Positions 46,513 through 53,322 of a DNA stretch of 53,322 bases are shown here, one piece after another. This DNA comes from a virus (lineage: Duplodnaviria; Caudoviricetes), in IMG/VR virus record IMGVR_UViG_3300047187_000003, positions 1 through 53,322 of that record, one strand, 5' to 3'. Each line of letters starts with the position of its first letter. Position 1 is the stretch's first letter. The position numbers and the translations under genes were made by a program. Below the pieces are notes generated by a model. The model was not told where the DNA came from. It did no database searches and worked only from the letters and a program-made list of their open reading frames with translations.

Positions 46513-47201
46513 GTTATGACCTTATTATAATTTCCCAAAGTTCCCCAGCACTCATCCCGACAACTCAGCAATGTATCGACACAGCTCGTGCTGACGGTGC
46601 TGATATGAATGTGATAGTTGTCGAGACAGGACAACCGTATATCTATAACGGATGTGATAAACATATAGAATATAACGGCGAATTTAATTACAACCGTGCT
46701 TTGAACATGGGATTGAAGTACGCAACTAAAGAAATCCATATTTTAGCTAATAATGATATTATATTCCGCCCGGGATGGTCAAAGATAGGCGATCTTATGA
46801 AAGCAAATGATTTCCATTCCGCTTCAGCTTTCTCAGGTCATCTGTCTCCTTATTTTAAACAAGGCGATTTTGTTTACGAAGGCTACCAGGTAGGTTATAT
46901 CTTAGCGGGATGGTGTATATTTTTAGATGATCATGTTCTGGGGAAAATAGGCAAATTAGATGAATCTGTATCTTTTTGGTTCTCGGATAATCTTTATGCC
47001 TGTCAGATAAAAGCTGCCGGGATCCGTCACGGGTTATTTACCGGGGTGAGTATAGATCACATGGCTTCACAGACACTAAACAAACAACCGTCACGCAAAC
47101 AACGTCAATATCAGATAGGAGAGTTAAGTAAATTTAATAATAGAGCAGCATATTATGCCACAAGAGAAAGAATTGCAAAAACTAATCCCGCAAATATATA
47201 A
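46509..47201 (+). CDS. Glycosyltransferase family 2
   Basis: VIVVE, FNYNRALNMG, ANNDI, LDE...FWFSD. Confidence 0.82.
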   Translation: MSYDLIIISQSSPALIPTTQQCIDTARADGADMNVIVVETGQPYIYNGCDKHIEYNGEFNYNRALNMGLKYATKEIHILANNDIIFRPGWSKIGDLMKANDFHSASAFSGHLSPYFKQGDFVYEGYQVGYILAGWCIFLDDHVLGKIGKLDESVSFWFSDNLYACQIKAAGIRHGLFTGVSIDHMASQTLNKQPSRKQRQYQIGELSKFNNRAAYYATRERIAKTNPANI

Positions 47202-47397
47202 AAAGAATACAGAGAATCTTTTGTTGTTCGGATGGGTCAACGCTCAGAAGCAGATCGTGCCGACAGTGACTATCGAACAGGCTATATGGAACTATTTCCG
47301 TTTTTTTGGGATAGACGACTGGGATATGGAGTCAGCAAGGACAACATATAGCCGTATGCAGAAAGAATATTATATGGATTGCCGTGAAACTACCTAA
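47155..47397 (+). CDS. Hypothetical protein
   Basis: Tiled ORF. Confidence 0.6.
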   Translation: MPQEKELQKLIPQIYKKNTENLLLFGWVNAQKQIVPTVTIEQAIWNYFRFFGIDDWDMESARTTYSRMQKEYYMDCRETT

Positions 47398-48337
47398 GCG
47401 CATATCAGAAATATTAAAACGTAAGCAGGAGTTTATAGATAGTCAGAGAACTAAACTTGAGACATCTGTGGTTAAATTTCAATCACAGTTATTCTCGGAT
47501 ATTGTCTCTGAATTAATCCCTCAGTTGACAATTAAGAACGGTATCATTGAAGATAATGTACATAATTACAAATTGATCTCATCACTCGACAAGGTTTATA
47601 AGGATTTTCAGAACATAACTAATACAATAGTTTTAAACCAGGTCGTAAAGACAACTGAGAAGATAGCATCGACAAGCCAGGACTATTTTAAAGTTATATT
47701 ATCGGATAACATGGTTAAAAGATTCGATAAGATAGTCGAGACAACCGATAAACTGATTAATCTTCGCCTGGGATTAGACGGGGGTAAGTTAGTTCGGGGA
47801 GGATATTTAGAGTCGTTTTTCAATTCCAATGTGATAGGTACCGATCTGAAACAGATGACATCCAAGGCTGTCACTTCAAATATGAACCTTAAAGATTATA
47901 CTAAGGCTCTAAAAGAGATGATCGTGGGTTCTGAAGAGTATAAAGGCGGTCTGGAGCGACAATTTGCCCGATATGCTTATGATCTTTACCAGCAATATGA
48001 CGCTGCTTATAATCTTACTCTGGGTAATGAGTTGGATTTTAATTATTTCATCTACCAGGGCGGGTTAATAGAAGATTCAAGAGATTTCTGTGCAGCTCAC
48101 AATAACAAAGTATGGAATCGTGAAGAAGCTTTGAAATGGCCTCAGTGGACACCGGCTGATGGTGAATATCCTGCGGGTTATGAGGTTAAACAAAAAGATA
48201 TTTATGCAGTACCTTCTTATCTTGCTTATCCGGGTTATGATCCAATCATTGACAGGGGCGGATATAATTGCCGTCATGCCCTGGGATGGATAAGCGAAGA
48301 CATAGCCTTTGATATGAGGCCGGACTTAAAAGTTTAA
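47384..48337 (+). CDS. Minor capsid/head morphogenesis protein (MuF-like)
   Basis: Y.GG...SRDFC...RGGYNCRH. Confidence 0.75.
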   Translation: MKLPKRISEILKRKQEFIDSQRTKLETSVVKFQSQLFSDIVSELIPQLTIKNGIIEDNVHNYKLISSLDKVYKDFQNITNTIVLNQVVKTTEKIASTSQDYFKVILSDNMVKRFDKIVETTDKLINLRLGLDGGKLVRGGYLESFFNSNVIGTDLKQMTSKAVTSNMNLKDYTKALKEMIVGSEEYKGGLERQFARYAYDLYQQYDAAYNLTLGNELDFNYFIYQGGLIEDSRDFCAAHNNKVWNREEALKWPQWTPADGEYPAGYEVKQKDIYAVPSYLAYPGYDPIIDRGGYNCRHALGWISEDIAFDMRPDLKV

Positions 48338-48386
48338 ACTTTATGTTATATAGTTTTTTTAATTTATAGTTTATTTTTAACAAATT

Positions 48387-48659
48387 ATGGCAGAGAAAAA
48401 AGTTGAAGTTGAAATTAACGGCAAGATTCTCCGGGTCCCTGAACATCTTGTCAATGACATGGCAAAATTTGGAGCCACGCTGACAAAGAGGACAATCAAA
48501 AACCCTCCTAAAGAGTTACTGAATATGCCCGAACCGAGAAAAGTTGTTCTTCCCCCGGTTGAACCTCCAAAACTGGATTTACCTGACCCTTATCCGGCAG
48601 AACCAGTTGCCGAAGTAATAGTTGTAAAGAACAAAGGCGGACGGCCAAAGAAGAAATGA
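48387..48659 (+). CDS. Hypothetical Pro-rich protein with basic tail
   Basis: Ends KGGRPKKK. Confidence 0.65.
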   Translation: MAEKKVEVEINGKILRVPEHLVNDMAKFGATLTKRTIKNPPKELLNMPEPRKVVLPPVEPPKLDLPDPYPAEPVAEVIVVKNKGGRPKKK

Positions 48660-48841
48660 AAGAATTAAAATCAAAGAAAACAGGGCGGACATTTATTTAT
48701 TCCGAAGAGGAGTATAAGCAGATAGTCGAGAAACCTGAACTGTTAAAGAAATTCACAGTCACAGATTTGCAGGCTAAAGTTGTACCTCCGAGGATAATCC
48801 CTCCATTAGAAATAAAAAAACGAAAGAAAAATGAAGGCTGA
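48656..48841 (+). CDS. Hypothetical basic protein
   Basis: Coupled ORF. Confidence 0.6.
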   Translation: MKELKSKKTGRTFIYSEEEYKQIVEKPELLKKFTVTDLQAKVVPPRIIPPLEIKKRKKNEG

Positions 48842-49700
48842 AGAGCAGACTAAATTAAATGAGACATTGTCGAAAGTCTTTAAACTCGACACGGAGCAGT
48901 TGGCAACACTCTATAACGATGCCGGAGATTTAACAGATTTAGCAGTAGTAATTGAGGCAGACACCAAACGTGTCGCTAAATTCTCTTCCGAGAAGACCGC
49001 TCAATATAACAGAGGCATAAAAGAAGGTGCTGGAAAGATTGAGAAGGAACTCAAGGAAAAATATGAAGTTGAATCTGATCTTATTGGAGTTGAACTGGTC
49101 GATTTGGTTGTTACTAAACAACTTGAAACTGCTTCGAAGGATAAGAAAGACATAACAAAACATCCTGACTATATTAAGTTAGAAACGAGTATTGATAAGA
49201 AACTTAAAGACAGGGATAAAGATTGGGAAGGCAAGATAGAAGTTTTAAAGTCAGATTTTAACAAGGCTAAGTTCTTTGAAAAGATAAGAGACAAAGCTCT
49301 TGCGAATCTCGAATCCCGCAAACCGATATTACCATCGGATCCCGCTAAAGCGCAAGTTTGGAAAGATACTTATTTGAACGAGTTACGTCAGGGTAACTAT
49401 CAGGAAAGCGAAGACGGTGAACCTATTGTACTTGACAAAGAAGGCAATGCCCTTAAAGACAAACATGGTAATCCCGTCACGTTTGCAGAATATGAGAAGA
49501 GTATTTCTGATAAATATTTCGAATATCCGGTAGCAGAAAAAAGAGATTCTCCTGGTAATAAAACTATTCCTGGACAACAGGGACCAATACCAGGTGACCC
49601 TAAGACAAAAGCAGATTGTTTATTAAAACTCAAAGACCCTAAAATTACTCCAGAAGATCGCAAGAAATTCACAGATTTAATGGATAATTTAAAAGAGTAA
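48831..49700 (+). CDS. Capsid scaffolding protein (putative)
   Basis: Charged coiled coil with Gly/Pro linker, directly before the capsid gene. Confidence 0.65.
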   Translation: MKAEEQTKLNETLSKVFKLDTEQLATLYNDAGDLTDLAVVIEADTKRVAKFSSEKTAQYNRGIKEGAGKIEKELKEKYEVESDLIGVELVDLVVTKQLETASKDKKDITKHPDYIKLETSIDKKLKDRDKDWEGKIEVLKSDFNKAKFFEKIRDKALANLESRKPILPSDPAKAQVWKDTYLNELRQGNYQESEDGEPIVLDKEGNALKDKHGNPVTFAEYEKSISDKYFEYPVAEKRDSPGNKTIPGQQGPIPGDPKTKADCLLKLKDPKITPEDRKKFTDLMDNLKE

Positions 49701-49704
49701 AAAA

Positions 49705-50715
49705 ATGAGTTTAGAGATTTCGTGCGGGTATCTGCACACCATACAAAGGATGGCCGATGATATTTGGTCCGATCCTATGAAAAATAATGACCTTATTGCC
49801 GAAGTGGTTACACCGAGGGCAGTATTGGAGAATCAGTCGGTTAATTTTACCGAGATCACCGGGCAGAAGAACAATGAACTTCGTGTCGAGTGGTTGACTA
49901 AATGTGATATTGATGTCAATGAATGTTCCGCAGACTGCGATATTGATGGGGAAGATGCTGATCCGCAGTGCAAGGATTATGAGATCGACTGCCTTTATGA
50001 GACTGAGTTTAAAGTCCCGCTGAGAGCTTACCGTGACCGTACTATTGAGATGCAACAGTCAATAGCATTTCAGAAGTTGGCTCACATGAAAGCACTCGAT
50101 GAGAGAATCGCTCAGTATGTCATTGCCGGGCTTACCTCTGCTGCTGGTACAAACCTTTTCACCGGGGGAGTAGGAACTGTAACGGGTACGACTACTTATA
50201 TTGCTCCACAGTATTGGGATGACGCTATTTGGGGTTATTTTGATCAGGTACGCAGGCTTAATAAGTTCCGCAACCCTTATCTACTTACAGGTAACAATCT
50301 TTACCAGTTGCTTTTCAACCGTCCTCTTGAGTCGGCTAATGCACAGGGCGGAGCAGCTAATGTCCGCAAGATTAATACCCTGAGAGTATATCAGGACCCT
50401 GAGAATATTGAAGATCATGCTTCAGGCGATTCATTTCTTGTTCACAAGACAGCCGTTGCACTTCTGAATAAAGCATGGAATAAGATCAATCCTATCAACG
50501 CCGAAGTAAAAGCCGGTCAGTATTGGGAGTGGTCAGAAGAATCGAAGAACCTTCCGGGTGTATTTTATGATTTCATTATGAAAGAAACCTGTTCGGGTGA
50601 CGAGTTTTACCAGGCATTCAAGATCAAATTCTCCGGTCTGTTTGCTGTTAATCCTTTCCCATGCGATGAAGATAACACAGGGGTTTTGCTTTTCGAATGC
50701 GGTACGGGGGCATAG
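49705..50715 (+). CDS. Major capsid protein (putative)
   Basis: 336 aa after scaffold and before a terminator; position and size based. Confidence 0.7.
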   Translation: MSLEISCGYLHTIQRMADDIWSDPMKNNDLIAEVVTPRAVLENQSVNFTEITGQKNNELRVEWLTKCDIDVNECSADCDIDGEDADPQCKDYEIDCLYETEFKVPLRAYRDRTIEMQQSIAFQKLAHMKALDERIAQYVIAGLTSAAGTNLFTGGVGTVTGTTTYIAPQYWDDAIWGYFDQVRRLNKFRNPYLLTGNNLYQLLFNRPLESANAQGGAANVRKINTLRVYQDPENIEDHASGDSFLVHKTAVALLNKAWNKINPINAEVKAGQYWEWSEESKNLPGVFYDFIMKETCSGDEFYQAFKIKFSGLFAVNPFPCDEDNTGVLLFECGTGA

Positions 50716-50750
50716 GGGTTTATTGAATTTAATTTAATGTTTATTTAAAG

Positions 50751-50787
50751 AGGGGTATGTACTACTACATTTGTATATACCCCTTTT
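50751..50787 (+). terminator. Intrinsic terminator after capsid gene
   Basis: AGGGGTATGTAC/GTATATACCCCT stem followed by T run. Confidence 0.7.
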
Positions 50788-50799
50788 AATTAAAAGAGA

Positions 50800-51879
50800 A
50801 TGTCAGTATTTTCATGTTTTGACAACGTTATAGGGATCACGAGAAAAGCGGATGCCTGTCCCGATCCTGATGTTGCGGCTTATACTTCTGAATCAGGATT
50901 ATATTTAGATGAACTTCCTGGTATCAGTTTAAGGATTCTCAATGCCACGGGCGGGAATAACACTCTGTTGGAGAAGATGGAGAATGCCCGTGAGAATGCT
51001 ATCAATGCTTTTAAAGTTGATGTCCTTAAAGAGATTCTAAAGACTAAAGAGCCGGCACGAAGTAAATTTGTCGGGGATATAGGAGGTAAGTCGTTCACCT
51101 CTAAACTATCAAGCGATACATATCACGGACTCAGGATGTATTCCGATATAACAGGCGGATCATTCAATCTGAGAGCTGTAACGCTTATCCTTGACACCAC
51201 AGGAGCCGTTAATCTTAATATCTATACCGGTCCTGATGACGAAGATGGTGCAACGCCTATTCATACTATCGCTTTGACATCACTGGCAGGAAGACCGAAG
51301 TACAACGCTATAACACCTGTTCAGCTAACCTTAGAGGGTGATCTGTATTTTCTTTATCAAAGTGCAGGACTTCCGTATAATAATAAACTGACTTGTAATT
51401 GCGGTGGATTTAAATGGTGTTTCGATCTTGAAGAACCTTGTTATAAATATTCACGTGACCGGTGGACCGAATGGGCTATGGTAGCGGGTGTCCACGGTTC
51501 GGACTTGACTATTCGGGATGATTGGAGCACGTCACGTGAGGCCAGGGGCCTTATATTACACGGTGATTTTGGATGTGATACGCTGGGTATCCTTTGCTCT
51601 GATCATTCCGATTGGTCGGGTGATTATGTTGACAGTGCTATTGCCTGGGCTATTGATTACAAAGCAGGAAGTTTTCTTTCAGCATATATTATGGATTCCG
51701 AAGAGGTTAATAGATATACTCTTTTAGGTGTTGACGGTATCAATGCGAATATATTGTTTTACGAGACTAAGTATAAAGAAATGATTGAGTTTATTGCGGA
51801 GAATATCGAAGAGGATAGAAATGAGTGCCTCAAATGTCGTTCCCCGCACGGGTATAAACGGATGACACAGATGTTATGA
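50800..51879 (+). CDS. Head completion/connector protein (putative), Cys-rich
   Basis: First gene after capsid. Confidence 0.45.
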   Translation: MSVFSCFDNVIGITRKADACPDPDVAAYTSESGLYLDELPGISLRILNATGGNNTLLEKMENARENAINAFKVDVLKEILKTKEPARSKFVGDIGGKSFTSKLSSDTYHGLRMYSDITGGSFNLRAVTLILDTTGAVNLNIYTGPDDEDGATPIHTIALTSLAGRPKYNAITPVQLTLEGDLYFLYQSAGLPYNNKLTCNCGGFKWCFDLEEPCYKYSRDRWTEWAMVAGVHGSDLTIRDDWSTSREARGLILHGDFGCDTLGILCSDHSDWSGDYVDSAIAWAIDYKAGSFLSAYIMDSEEVNRYTLLGVDGINANILFYETKYKEMIEFIAENIEEDRNECLKCRSPHGYKRMTQML

Positions 51880-52463
51880 ACTGGACTGAGTTGGACAAAC
51901 GAACCGGAGGGGTTATAAAAGACCTTCAGGGCGGGATAATGGGTAATATCATGCTTCGTCTGGCTACTAATGCACTTACGTTGCTTCGGGCAAGAGTTCA
52001 GGAGACAGGCAAGGATGCTAAAGGGACTAAATACAGACCTTATTCTACTAAAGCAATGTTAATAGGTTGCAGCTCATTTGTTCAAAAAAACGCTTGTAAT
52101 TCAGTATTTGGCAGTAAAGAAAAAAGAAAGAATTTGGAATGGCGGACTATCAAAGGTCACCGGCTGGCTATTCTCCCCGGAGGTTATAAACAACTTCGTA
52201 ACTTACAGGGGAGACAAACAGAACATGTTGATTTTATGATGACAGGCAGGATGTGGAATGATATTTCTATCGTGAGCAAAGGAACGGATCACGAGAAAGG
52301 GATAGCAGTAATAGGGGCAAAAACTGATGATGAAAAAAAGAAACTCGCCGGCAATACAAAGAGCCGGGGTGATATTCTGGACTTATCACAATCAGAAGTA
52401 GATACCCTTATGAAGAATTACAATTTAGATGTTTTACAGATATTCAGGAATAACGGATTATGA
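51876..52463 (+). CDS. Neck/tail completion (virion morphogenesis) protein
   Basis: G.D..G....PYS...VDF..TGRM motif; basic. Confidence 0.55.
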   Translation: MNWTELDKRTGGVIKDLQGGIMGNIMLRLATNALTLLRARVQETGKDAKGTKYRPYSTKAMLIGCSSFVQKNACNSVFGSKEKRKNLEWRTIKGHRLAILPGGYKQLRNLQGRQTEHVDFMMTGRMWNDISIVSKGTDHEKGIAVIGAKTDDEKKKLAGNTKSRGDILDLSQSEVDTLMKNYNLDVLQIFRNNGL

Positions 52464-53149
52464 ACCAAGCGATAGCTTCTATAATAAAAGGTCATATTGA
52501 GGACTTGGATTTTGTCGATAAGATCGCAGGGTTAGTTTCAGCGGTTACTTTTGAACAGAAAGACAAAGATAATGCTGTCAAAGACGTTACCTTCCCGATA
52601 GCATGTTGCGTGAGTCCCGCAGACTGCAAAGAAGGGGCTTACAATGATCTTATGCCTAACTCTGCATATAAGACAGTTATTTATTTTGAAGATGGTGGGA
52701 TTACTTTTGACAAATACGAATCAAATTGGAAATATTATAAAAGCACTCTTCGCCTGGTTTGCTGGATTAATATTGAAAAACTAACTGAGTCAGGAGATTG
52801 TAAGTCAGAAGACCCATGTACTTATGCTGCTCATATAGTTGCAGAGATAATAAGGGCATTACCGGCTTTCCCTGAGAATCATTATCCTTTCGATAAAATT
52901 TACTCAGAGGTAACTAACCAGATAGTTAGGAGTCCTTCAATTTTCGGTTCATATACTTATGATGAGAAACATTCTCAATATCTTATGGCTCCTTATGATT
53001 ATTTCGCTTTAACAATAGAGACTACTTTCGCAGTATGTCTCAAAAACAGGGTGGTTTATGATAGTTCCTGTGGAGGTACTACGGATGTGCAGGCAGATTC
53101 AGATTTAATAACAGCAGACTCAGACTTAATAACAGCAGATTATGAATAA
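52460..53149 (+). CDS. Tail terminator-like protein (putative)
   Basis: Position; Cys-rich; ends in an ADSDLIT tandem repeat. Confidence 0.45.
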   Translation: MNQAIASIIKGHIEDLDFVDKIAGLVSAVTFEQKDKDNAVKDVTFPIACCVSPADCKEGAYNDLMPNSAYKTVIYFEDGGITFDKYESNWKYYKSTLRLVCWINIEKLTESGDCKSEDPCTYAAHIVAEIIRALPAFPENHYPFDKIYSEVTNQIVRSPSIFGSYTYDEKHSQYLMAPYDYFALTIETTFAVCLKNRVVYDSSCGGTTDVQADSDLITADSDLITADYE

Positions 53150-53322
53150 AAAGATTTTAGTTTTGTTTTTTTTACTTTTAAGTGCCACGACTTTCGGGCA
53201 ATTATCACTTATAAACGTGGGTGTGAGTGCAAATGACCACAGCGGGGATCCACTGAGAACAGCTTTTCAGAAGACTAACCTTGCGATAACTCAAGTGAAT
53301 ACCAATACAACGAACATTGCTT
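53142..53322 (+). CDS. 5' part of origin-spanning signal-peptide tail protein (continues into 23-766)
   Basis: ATG 53142 overlaps the end of the upstream gene; frame is continuous with ORF 23-766. Confidence 0.88.
   Translation, partial: MNKKILVLFFLLLSATTFGQLSLINVGVSANDHSGDPLRTAFQKTNLAITQVNTNTTNIA
53195..53322. repeat. Terminal overlap, right copy
   Basis: Matches 1-128. Confidence 0.97.

Noticed and set aside
1696-51727. Minus-strand and nested short ORFs in the track (e.g. 5632, 6718, 18944, 27089, 44141, 49711)
   Set aside because: They overlap well-supported + strand genes and show no motifs; only 40727-41368 and the 3960-4136 extension have independent support

Overview
The window appears to be a complete, circularly assembled genome of a tailed dsDNA phage of about 53.2 kb: bases 3-128 are repeated exactly at 53197-53322. 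Essentially all real genes are on the + strand. A Bacteroidota host is inferred from TAnnTTTG (-7) promoters and from signal peptides followed by Gln. Modules: tail and appendage genes (53142 through the origin to 14110), lysis (14322-15982), a metallophosphoesterase, an early recombination/replication block (17548-27789), a 10 kb sugar biosynthesis and glycosyltransferase cluster (27928-38082), and packaging/head genes (38753-53149) with three more glycosyltransferases inserted. No integrase, DNA polymerase, helicase, tRNA or CRISPR array was recognised. Strongest candidates for new biology: (1) a phage-encoded higher-carbon (heptose/octose) nucleotide-sugar pathway feeding seven glycosyltransferases, probably for virion or surface glycosylation; (2) three tail-module proteins with Sec signal peptides, one rich in Bacteroidota O-glycosylation sequons; (3) a terminase intein whose HNH homing endonuclease is a separate gene nested in another reading frame with its own apparent promoter; (4) two structured leader RNAs with antisense-like loops. 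All family calls come from motif recognition by eye; no database search was run.
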